Shown here: piece after piece, positions 27,317 through 37,413 of the stretch
Layout of the letters: the number at the start of each line of letters is the position of its first letter
How positions within the stretch are numbered: the first letter of the stretch is position 1
DNA from: Heteronotia binoei
Lineage: Eukaryota
DNA: 64,000 nt
Reading direction: 5' to 3'
NCBI RefSeq assembly: GCF_032191835.1
Contig: NC_083226.1
Span: forward strand, 73,160,001-73,224,000
The notes under the pieces: generated by a model
What the model was told of the DNA's origin: nothing
Seen by the model: the letters and a program-made list of their open reading frames with translations, nothing else
Database searches by the model: none
Made by a program: the position numbers and the translations under genes

Positions 27317-27663
27317 CCCGATAAGGAGATCTACTCTCACTCTGTGATGCACGAGGTCTCCAGGATTGGTCAGGGGAATATTCCTGATAAGGTCTCTTAA
27401 GCCAGGGCTTATGCCACTGCTTAGACTTTCCAGCCTGAGAAGAGGCAGGTACGCCGAGATTCCGTGAGGTTTTAATACTTTTGTCCATTTCCTGTAGGGT
27501 GGCCAGACCGTCCCGGTCACCCGGGAATGTCCCACTTCTGGGTCCTAATTCCCGCCTCCCGACCTGCCTATACCGGGACCATTACAAGTCCCGGTTTAGC
27601 CAGCGAGAGGAGCCGGGCATGGGCGGGGCCAGGAAGCGGGGGGAGGCTGCGCTGCTGCTGCCT

Positions 27664-27732
27664 CTTCTCCGTAGCTGCTCCTCTGAGATGGGCTCAGCCT
27701 GAGCCCATCTCGGAGGAGCAGCTGCGGAGAAG
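27664..27732. repeat. 69-bp near-perfect hairpin (34-bp arms)
   Basis: cttctccgtagctgctcctctgagatgggctcag-c-ctgagcccatctcggaggagcagctgcggagaag; 2 mismatches, both T:G. Confidence 0.92.
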
Positions 27733-28092
27733 CGTGGCAAGCCCCGAATCTGGGTCCTTCTAGGACCCTGAGCAGCAATGCTGGAGGAGCAGGAGCAGGC
27801 CGGACTTGCGCCCCGCCCCTCCACTCCCTGCAGGGGCAAAGGCGGCATGCGTGGGCCTGCTTCACTTCTCCGCCCGGCCCCTCTGCTGTGCGGGCGGCAA
27901 GGGACATGCTGGGCCGGCCTCGGAGGAGAAGGAGGCGGCCGGAGGAGGAGGAGGCGGCATGGCTGCGGCGGAGGCGCGCTGGCCTTCCGAGCCAAGGACT
28001 TGGTAAGTCCGGGGGTGATGCGGAAGGTGGGAGGGGAGCTGTGCTGCGCTGGTAGCCGAGGGAGAGGCCCTCCTCGCCTTCCCTGCTGGCCC

Positions 28093-28883
28093 TAGGCTTC
28101 CCAACCCCCAACCCCCTTCATCCCCCGGTGGGTCTCCAGAAATCAGGAAGCGGGGTGGGGGTGGGGGCTGGAGGGGGGGAGAACATACCTGTAGGTGTAG
28201 CAGTTTGTAAAATGCCTGCCCCTTTAAGGCTGGCCTGGGCAGGAAGGAGGAAACAGGAAGGGCTTCGGAGAACGGCCCCTCCCTTTCTTTGCTTTCGTTT
28301 TCACAGCAGGCAGAGGGAAGAAGACCAAGTGCGGTAGGTGTTTGTGTGTGTGAGAGAGAGGGAGGGGGCCCGGGGCAAGGAGGGGTGATTCCTTGGTATG
28401 GAGGCCCTTCCCCCCCTTTAGAAAGCGTGTGTGTGTGGGGGGGGGAGGGAAATGTCTACTAGGCACTCTATTATTCCCTATGGAGAACAATTCCCATAGG
28501 GAATAATGGGGGATTGATCCGTGGGTATTGGGGGCTCTGGGGGGGCTATTTTTTGAGGTAGAGGCACCAAATTTTTAGTATAGCATCTAGTGCCTCTCCC
28601 CAAAATACCCCCCAAGTTTCAAAACGATTGGACCAGAGGGTCCAATTCTATGAGCCCCAAAAATGGTGCCCCTATCCTTAATTATTTCCTATGGAAGAAA
28701 GGCATTTTAAAAGGTGAGCTGTCCCTTTAAATGTGATGGCCAGAACTCCCTTGGAGTTCAGTTATGCTTGTCACATCCTTGTTCTTGGCTCCACCCCCAA
28801 TGTCTCCTGGTTCCACCCCCAAAGTCTCCTGGCTCTGCCCCCAAAGTCCCCAGATTTTTCTTCAATTGGACTTGGCAACCCTA
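28093..28883 (+). mobile_element. Blackjack-like hAT MITE nested in the 5-kb element
   Basis: Same family as 11228-11886; perfect TSD GCTGGCCC. Confidence 0.9.
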
Positions 28884-29850
28884 GCTGGCCCGGCCTCCAC
28901 AGGGTTTAAACTGGCACTGATATGAACTTTGGAACTGTACTCAGATCAGCTATGATGCCTAGAAACTACCTCTGTGTGCTTGCTGTGTAATAGCACTCAG
29001 GATAGTCCTCTTCAAGCTTCAACATCCAAATTTCCAGGAATTTCCAACCCAGAGTTGGTAACCCTAGCTCTATCACAGATTTAGGAGGTCTTTGATTGCT
29101 GATTTAGGAGGTCTTTGATTGCTGGGGAGGGGGTCAGTAGTAGGAAGTACCCATACAGGGAGCACATACATTGAAGGTGGAGGTATTGTGACTCAATTCA
29201 CACCCTACATTTTTTATAAACATGGCACTTAGGTATGCATTTTGCAGGGACAAATGTAGTCATATTCTAATATGTTAAATGTGCCTATTTGCAGTGTTTG
29301 GTTTAGCATTCCTTGTTAACTGAACTTTCCAGCACTTATGGTAGATGCATTTCTCTGATGCATAAAATACATATATGTTAGACAATAATTTACATGGAAT
29401 TTCCATCTCATTATAAAACATTGGGTGTAATTTTGCATAACTAAAGGTAATGGATTGGGCATGCAATAAAAATCCCAGTTTTATTTGATCATTACTTAAG
29501 TCCTTTCTTTCATATTTGCATAGTGGCATGATAAGAGTTATAATTTGCTTTGTTTTAATTTAGTGTCAATAAAATTGATTCAGACATCTGTTTCCAAAAC
29601 AGAAAAAAGTGTTGTTTTTCCAACATGAATTTTTAAAGTAAAAGATTGCCTGCTTCTTTTAAATTTTGCCCCAGAGGTTTTACTTTAAGAGCATATTCCT
29701 ACAGCTGCAAACCTGGTAGAAATTTGCAAAGTCCCATCCACTCCAATTATCTAATTAACATTGACCAGAGTTTTAATATTGCTGCTTGGTAATTCCATTG
29801 GCCATTCCATCTAAGAATTGTACACAAATTTTAAGTCAGCAGCCAATATG

Positions 29851-30115
29851 GTATTCCTGCAGCACAGATTAGTAAAGCTGCAGTACTACAGTCCAAGCCC
29901 TCTGTTCACGACCTGAGTTTGATCCTGGCGGAAGCTGGGTTCAAGTAGCCAGCTCAAGGTTGGCTCAGCCTTCCATCCTTCCGAGGTCGGTAAAATGAGT
30001 ACTTTCTGGGGGGAAAGTGTAGATGACTGGGGAAGGCAGTGGCAAACCACCCCGTAAAAAGTCTGCCATGAAAAACATTGTGATGTGATGTCACCACAGA
30101 GTCAGAAATTACTGT
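29851..30115 (+). mobile_element. Sauria-type SINE (Squam1-like)
   Basis: ggtaaagctg...cagccttccatccttccgaggtcggtaaaatgagtac...ggggaaggcagtggcaaaccacc blocks recalled as typical of Sauria SINE. Confidence 0.75.
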
Positions 30116-30799
30116 TTTGGAGAATTTGTACCAGTATACCATTAACGTACTACAGTAGCAATTTCTGAAGGTGTGTAAAGCGGAACTAAATTTATTGTGC
30201 TTGGAGCATGAGTAGATGGAAAAATTCAGTTGAAAAAAGGAGGCAAATAACAAGGAACATGTTCAGATACTTGATAGCTCACTATAGGAGCAAGGGAAGA
30301 CATGTACTGAAAGTATATATAATACTGAAATCTGTTGGTTATCTTACAGAATGCAACTAATGGACATGTAGTTTTACTACTTGTGATTGTGGCTTTGGAA
30401 TTACTGTCTAGAAAGCTCCATTAAGTTCTGTATGGTCAGTAACAATAATAAAGTTAAGCACTTTAAAATTAAGCATTGATGCATGCCATTTAAGACCATG
30501 CTTAACTATTTAATTGAAGTTAATAGGACTGAAGTGTTTAGCTCTGGCTAGATTGTGCAAATATATCAGTGTCTTTGCAAATGTTAAAATGCTTCCCAGC
30601 TATGGATCTCTTGATTAAGGGTATGCAAACCCCCTCCCCCCATATTTCTTGGTTCAGGTCTATAGGATTAAAAAAAATCCAGTATTTCTGAAAAATCCCA
30701 GATCCCAGTATCGGTATGGTATTTGGATCCTGGATTCTTCAGAAATCCCAATTTTTTCTGGGTCCAATAGACCCAAGAAGAAAAATATCTGTAGTTTTA

Positions 30800-31121
30800 A
30801 AAAAACCCGCCCTGACTCTGGGGCTTCTCCTTGCAGCATGGTTTAAATTGTGCTTAAAGAAAAACTGGCCCCAGGATCTGCTTGTGGCAAGGAAGGAGAT
30901 CACTCCTTGCTGCACACTGACTTGGCTGGGAGTGCTTCTCCTGGAGAAGCTATCGCCAGGATCCTTCCTTCCTTCCTTCCTTCCTTCCTTCCTTCCTTCC
31001 TTCCTTCCTTCCTTCCTTCCTTCCGTGGCTCTCAAATATCCGATGTTCATGTCTTGCGGCTCTCAAACATCTGACCTTTATTCTGTGTTGCTCTTTTGTT
31101 AAGCAACTCTGGCCACCCCTG
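30800..31121. mobile_element. Partial hAT MITE end
   Basis: Ends in TGGCCACCCCTG, preceded by tgcggctctcaaacatctga subterminal repeats. Other end not found. Confidence 0.45.
30962..31024. repeat. (CCTT)n microsatellite, about 15 units
   Basis: Direct reading. Confidence 0.98.
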
Positions 31122-31269
31122 GAGTAGACAATACTGACTTTGGTGGACCCAAGCACTGATTCAGTGTAAGGGAGCTTTGTGTTTGTGTCTTCTGGTGCTT
31201 TCAGACATACCACCCAAATCCTTTCAGCAAAGGCCAGATAGGAGTTATGGGCAGTGTTTGCCTGCAGTG

Positions 31270-32176
31270 CAATTTTGTTCTCAAATCCTGTATTTACTTC
31301 ATCAGTATATGGGATAAGGCACTTTCTCAACTGTGCTGCATAATGCAGCCTATTTATTTTGTCCTGTTTGCTCTGTTGGCTCTATCTGTGCCACCTTCAT
31401 CACTTTCGGGGTGTGGATCCCCCAGTGGGGTGGTCTCCCGACTCCCTCCGCCGGCTGTTTCTGATAGCCCTGCGCCCCCTCTTTCATTTGATATGTGTCC
31501 CGTGCGGATGCCACCCTCCCGCCGGGAGATGCCGCAAAATGAGCCCCCTTGAGGCTTATGGCGGCAGGGCTTGGGGGAAGCGAGCTAGACTGCTGTTCTT
31601 TTGAGGGGTCATAGAGTGTTTCGAGCCCGTCCCTGTGGCATCGGTCCCATCGTTGTGGGGCCCAGGGGGCCGGCGCAGCGGCATGCTGAAGCAGCCTGTC
31701 GGTCACTTCCGGGTTCCTGTCCTGCATCTCGACCTGTGTTATTAGTGACAGGCTGCTTCGGCGTGCTGCTGCGCCGGCCCCCTGGGTCCCACAACGATGG
31801 GACCGATGCCACAGGGACGGGCTCGAAACACTCTATGACCCCTCAAAAGAACAGCAGTCTAGCTCGCTTCCCCCGAGCCCTGCCGCCATAAGCCTCAAGG
31901 GGGCTCATTTTGCGGCATCTCCCGGCGGGAGGGTGGTACCCGCACGGGACACATATCAAATGAAAGAGGGGCGCAGGGCTATCAGAAACAGCCGGCGGAG
32001 GGAGTCGGGAGCCCACCCCACTGGGGGATCCACACCCCGAAAGTGATGAAGGTGGCGCAGATAGAGCCAACAGAGCAAACAGGACAAAATAAATAGGCTG
32101 CATTATGCAGCACAGTTGAGAAAGTGCCTTATCCCATATACTGATGAAGTATATACAGGATTTGAGAGCAAAATTG
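31270..32176. repeat. 907-bp palindrome: about 431-bp arms, about 46-bp spacer
   Basis: 31270-31700 versus the reverse complement of 31747-32176: 12 differences counted by eye (about 97%). Confidence 0.97.
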
Positions 32177-32208
32177 TTTCCGGCGGTGATATTTGGGGGA
32201 TTTTTGGG

Positions 32209-32485
32209 GACGTCACAGGAAGTGCTGTGAAGTCACTTCCTGTTTCCGGCAGTGGCATTTGGGGGAAATGATGTCATTTGGGGGAAGTGATGTCACAGGA
32301 AGTGATGTCACTTCCTGCTTCCGGCAGGTGGCGCAGGGGGGGAAATGATGTCACAGGAAGTGATGTCACTTCCTGTTTCCGGCAGGTGGCGCGGGGGGGG
32401 GAATGATGTCACAGGAAGTGATGCCACTTCCTTTTCCCGGCGGTGGCATGACATCACCGGAAGTGACGTCACTTCCTGTTTCCGG
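32209..32485. promoter_or_regulatory. Subterminal tandem array (about 5 units of 55-60 bp) of GGAAGTGAYRTCACTTCC palindromes; last unit is an exact ETS-CRE composite CCGGAAGTGACGTCA
   Basis: Exact motif at 32457-32471; other units mostly carry TGATGTCA, the CpG-deamination product. Regulatory activity not shown. Confidence 0.55.
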
Positions 32486-35400
32486 CGGCGCACGCGCTTC
32501 GCGCGCGCACCCCTACCTTCCCCCTCCCCAAGGTGTCCCTGGCTGGCCTTCAGACATTATGGCCACCCTAATTTCCTGTAAAACACTATCGGTAGTGGAA
32601 CTAAATAGACCTTCGCCCTCAAAGGGAAGGTCTTCCACATAAGCTCTAGTGTCAGGCTGAAGGGCTGTCGAACGCAACCAGGAGTGACGGAGTAACGAAA
32701 TGGCAGAAGTTAGAGTCTTAGCAGAGATGTTCACCATATGTTTTAATGTGGCCAACTGTTGTTTAGCCACAGCAAATCCCTCCCTTTGCAGCGTCTTTAC
32801 GAAAGACCGCTTATCCTCACTCAGAGAGGACAATAAAGGTGTGAGTTGTTCCCAAATCGAGTACTGGTAACGTGCCATGCAGACAGCATAATTAGAGGTT
32901 TTTACTCACAAGGCCCCTGCAGAGTAAAAACGTCTGCCAGCATTGTCGATCATTTTACCCTTTTTATCAGGAGGGGTAGAGTGAGTCTTGTGAGCTTTCA
33001 AAGACGAAGATACCACCACCCAATTAGGCTTGGGGTGGTTGAAAAAAACTCAGCACCAGCTTCTTGGACACGATACATGTGGTCTAAACATTGCAAAGAG
33101 ATCGGTGTAGATGCCGGCTTTGCCCATGGTTCCTTCACTGCTTGCAGAATGACCTTGGTACCTGGGAGAGCCACAGCTGTTGACGTGTCCTGCTGCATGA
33201 TGTCAAAAACAGTATCATTGATGACCGGTTGTGGCTGCACCATGGAGAGCGAGAGAGATTGTGCCATACGCTTCACTAGGATCCCATACAACTTGAGATC
33301 CTCTGAGGGAGATATTGGAAGGTCATCTGCAATGTGAAAGTCCGGAGAAGGTTCAGCCTATGCCTTGTCCAGATCATCGGTACTGACTGTGGAATCTATT
33401 GAAGACTCCTCTCTCATCTTAGAGCGTTCCAATAGCTGCAGAGTCAAGGCATGCTCGGGTGGGCAAATCAATGCCAACAGGTGAATTTGTGAGTCCCCAG
33501 ACCTCTCCTTATGCCTTTCCGGGGGAATCGCTATTGATGATGAGGATATATGATGGACTGGCAAATGATGAGAGACCCTCGAGAAGTGGGAAACTTCCGA
33601 GCCAGTCCCAGTCCAGTGGATCTTGGGGGAAGGGGTACCACAGGTATGGCGAAGGATATGGATAAGCTCCAAATGAGCAAGGCCACTGACACTGGTCCCA
33701 CACCTGTGGAGAGAGGCACTTGACTCAATCTCTCTACTCTGAAGATGTCCCGTGCTGGAACGAAGTGGTGCTAGGGGGTTGGTCGGCACCAAAACCTCAG
33801 TCTCCGACACCGAACCACTGGCACAAACCAGACCAATGGGAAAGAGTTTGCTGGGTCAAGTTGATCTTCTGCTCCAACCCCAAAAGATGGGTTGGTTGTG
33901 ACCCAAGCCTGCCCAACACCAATGGACTTCTTCAGCAGCTGGGTGACACAAGGATTTTCTGTGGTGGAGCAGTTTGTGCCAATGCCAAGTCTCTAGAAGC
34001 ATCCCTATAAGGAGAAGGAGTGTGGGAAAGTCTATCCTGCTTCTTGCGCTTGTCCTTCGATTTATGCTTCTTCAGGAGGGACGACCAGGACCCCAAGTCG
34101 TCTCAATGCTTCTTTGTCGGGGTAGACTCCATCGATACTTCAGAGGGTCGCTTTGTAGGCTGATCCTGATCAGTCAGCATAACAGCCGACACTTGAGACA
34201 ACAGGCCCATTGAGGCTGAGGCTGTGGATTGGGTTGCATCACCCATTGATTTCGAAGGGCCCGATGCCATTTTAGGCGGTAGAAGAGCCGATTCAGCTAA
34301 AGCTGCCGATAGCCTGGCCGCTCGATTTTTCGTTTGTTTGGAAGATTTCAAGCAATGTGGACACGAGTCAACACAGTGTCCCTCACCCAGGCACAACAAG
34401 CAGAGGGAGTGTCTGTTTGGGGGAGCAATCTTACTTTCGCACTTCAGGCACTGCTTAAAGAACCCCCAACGTTTTTCCATAGGCAGTGGGAACGGTGACA
34501 AGGGAGAGGGAAAAAATGCCCCGAAGGGCAAAGTCCAACTAAAAGTCCTTTTTAAAAAAAAAAAAAACAAGAATGGAGAACTAAAAAAATCAACAGGCAA
34601 GAAGAGGAAAAACCGAGAAGAAATGGTAAGTACCGACCGGAGCACTGAAGAAAGATCCTTTCAACGCGGCGCTCAAGAAGGAACTGGTGAGATTCTCGTG
34701 CCAGCCCTGGTGAACATGCGTGCTGGGGCTCCTGCATATGCTCATTGGGTGCTGAGCACGAAAAATCCCAGGCTTTTTAGGTACCGATTCGGGGATCAGC
34801 ACGGGCGCTCTATCGCATGAGTGTGAAGCACAGAGACCACGAAGAAGATCCTCCTGCAGTTCAGCAGTCGGCTTTGGTACTTGCACAGGAGTGTGATGTG
34901 AGGACTCTGATTTGCACTTCTCCTTGAGATTAGTCTTAAGCTTAGGTCTTTTAGTCAGTAGTTCTGAAAAATACCTCTGAACTCAAGGGGACTACCATTC
35001 TAAGTGAACCAGTGGGATCATAGGAAGGAGACCTTGATGATCCCTCCAGAGCCAAATCTGGATTCAGTGGATCTGAAGATTTTAGGGCTTTTATTTTTAT
35101 TTTATTTATTTTATTATATTTATATCCTGCCCTCTTTGCCAAGACAGGCTTTTCCCCAAAGTGTTGCTTTGAGCTTCGATGCCTGATCATCTCTAGCTTT
35201 GGGGGTAAAATGCTGGCAAGCTTTGCAAGCAAATACGTTATGCCTCTTGTCCAAACTGAACAAAGCCTGCGCTCTTCAGTCTGAGTCATCTTGGCATCAT
35301 AACGGGTGCATTTTTTCAAATCAAAGCACTGAGCCATGATGGTTCAGAGAAAGATCGCCACCAGCCAGAGACGGAGAAGAGAGGGCGAGACAGCCACTCA

Positions 35401-36232
35401 CAAGAACAACAACAAGGGAGCTACCAGCTCAAACCTTCTCCTTCAGCGGCAAGAAAGAAACTAAGGGTGGGGGCAATGGAGCACCAGAACACATGTCCAT
35501 TTGGGCAGGAATGGTCTCTTCCAATTCCAGTGCTGAGCACCCCCTGGAAGCTTTTGCTTATAAAACCTCTCCATGGCAGGCCTGCTCATGTGCAGTCCCC
35601 CTGCAGTACTGTATAGGAGATTGACAATGAAATTGTATTTATAATGAATGTATTTTGTATCTTTAGTTTAATTATGTACAGTTGGTCTATGAGCATTAAT
35701 AAATGGAATGAAACTAATATCCACAGATCTGATAGTTAAACTGCTCCTCCATTTATACTTATGCTCCCACATTTATGTTTGTAAATTCACACTGTAATTT
35801 GCCTTTATTACAGAGCAGAGGATATATATTGACCAACATTCTCTAATTCAAATGCAAATGAATAAATAAAAGCCTCTTGTCTTACAAGATGAACTTAAAG
35901 TATTCATTAAATATAGGTACTGACATCTTCACAAGAACAAACATAACCCTGTGAAACAATATGTTGCTTTCAAACTACTTTCTTAATGCAAAATAGCTTT
36001 GTGCACTTCAGTGCAGTAAGCAAGGAAGATGCTTACAAAAAAGACAAGACTTACTTCAATATTACACTGGTATCCTTCATTGTCAAGGGGGACAGGTAAC
36101 TAAAACACTGTTATGTAGCAACATGTAGTGGAGCAGTAAAGCCTCCAGCGACAGTACATATTTGAAGTTTGACAATGCTAAATGAAGTATCCAGGTTTCT
36201 CTAAGTGAACCAAGTACACAAAGTAAGCCTAC

Positions 36233-36423
36233 CATAGGAGACCGTCCATAGGCAACCACAGCAGCTGCAGCCGCAGCAGCACTCATCTGCGGGGACATGT
36301 TGTGTAGACTGGCATAGGCTGCACCTGGACTGGTCAGCTCTCCATTCATGCCAGCATGAGGTACCATTCCAAATGGTGCAGGATATGGTCCTGGCACAGC
36401 CAGTGGTGTTCTCAAGCCAGCAG
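36233..36423 (-). CDS. TLE1: TLE1 exon 13-equivalent ([18 protein letters not shown]...AYGRSPM)
   Basis: 191 nt; acceptor ctgcag, donor ATG|gtaggc. Confidence 0.97.
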
Positions 36424-37219
36424 CTGCAGTTTAATGAGATAATGCATGTATGCTGATCACTAGTTTCTTTGTATCTCTCCACTGAAAGCAAAGAGCATGT
36501 CATAATTCCAGATAGACAGTTCTTCTACACAACCCTGTTACACTGTTCCTTACTATTAGCTTAACTGAGAGTCTTTTTAAATACCAGGATTTCAGAAAGT
36601 AAGTTTTGAAGTATCAAAAGAAAATATCAATAGATTTAATTGAAATGAAAAGAAAAATAATCCTCCACTAAGCTCACTGTCCAGGGTGTATTAAATATTT
36701 ATACACCATAGCTTCAGTGCCTACTTGTCCAGAGTTTAATTGGTGACCTTAACATGGAAAACCATTTGGACAGAAGTTTTACCAGTTTTGAACTTTGGGT
36801 GGCTTAACAAAAGAAGCTTAACTGGTCTCTTGTCAGTTGTTTGGATTCTATCAGTTGCTTGGCAAAAATCCTGGTCCAAAAATCTATCCTATGTAAAGAT
36901 AAAACACAATGTATGGACTAATTTATGCTCAATTACACATTCCAAACCTTGTTCTTTTAAAAATGAATGTACAAAATATATACTAGATAACAGATCCAGG
37001 CAGGGGAGGAAGTGGGAAGATCCTTCTAGGTAGCTAGGAGCAGCAAAATAAGAACTGGCTGAGGTTGTTCTCCCCTGCTTACAGATCCTGTCAAGTGAAT
37101 AAGATCTCGCTGAATTTGTTCTTTTCTGCTCACAGGTAAGGCCTTGGTATGCCCCAGGAATGACAACTCTGGCCTGGAAAATTCCTAGATATTTGGGTGT
37201 GATACATTTGGATTGGGAG

Positions 37220-37413
37220 CAGTGTTCCCTCTAAACTGCAGAGTCTTGTGAGCAAAAATTCTACTTTGTGAGCTACTGGTATTAAAGCTGTGAGCTACTG
37301 CATAAATAATTGTGCTCTGGGGCTATTTTTCCTGAGCTAAGACAAAAATGTGTGAGCCAGAGGCTAAAAATCTGTGAGCTAACTCATGCTAACTCAGCTT
37401 AGAGGGAACACTA
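37220..37413 (+). mobile_element. 194-bp hAT MITE
   Basis: TIR CAGTGTTCCCTCTAA/TTAGAGGGAACACTA; perfect TSD ATTGGGAG. Confidence 0.9.

Larger units (their letters stand above)
27495..32570. mobile_element. 5,076-bp non-autonomous hAT element (TIR TAGGGTGGCCA) with composite cargo
   Basis: Perfect 11-bp TIRs (27495-27505, 32560-32570) and perfect 8-bp TSD ATTTCCTG (27487-27494, 32571-32578). No transposase ORF. Confidence 0.93.
27317..34480 (-). pseudogene. DIRS-B gag, split by the 27495-32570 insertion
   Basis: MEKRWGFFKQCLKC..HSLCLLCLGEGH..C. The frame ...STTDSVLQE|MDKSIKTSRNLGV... rejoins across the insertion. Confidence 0.88.
17769..34849 (-). mobile_element. DIRS copy B nested in the gag of copy A; about 5.3 kb native sequence split by three insertions
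   Basis: Inverted terminal repeats about 17818-17995 and 34667-34830. ICR 18029-18120 is complementary to both ends (53 bp with 2 mismatches to 17774-17826). gag, RT, RH, MT and YR remnants are in canonical order. Confidence 0.92.
15048..35633 (-). mobile_element. DIRS copy A (outer): native parts 15048-17768 and 34850-35633; internally deleted (no RT/RNaseH)
   Basis: YR remnants (AHSTR at about 15610, LRPSIQFLPKVVS), gag remnants (DSAARAMAS; MAQCFDLKKC at 35337). 25-bp inverted pair 15055-15079/15331-15355 (terminus/ICR). Inverted terminal homology between about 15080-15170 and 35550-35633. Confidence 0.8.

Noticed and set aside
27527-28111. Dense overlapping ORFs suggesting a GC-rich first exon or CpG-island gene
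   Set aside because: Low-complexity stop-poor sequence inside a TIR/TSD-bounded element; no recognisable protein or splice structure.
31350-32103. Mirror-image ORF pairs (MQPIYFVLFALLALS... signal-peptide-like)
   Set aside because: An artefact of the palindrome; no homology recognised and different stops in the two arms.
32209-32485. CRISPR-like repeat array
   Set aside because: No unique spacers, variable unit length, vertebrate context, and position next to a hAT TIR; it is a subterminal tandem repeat.
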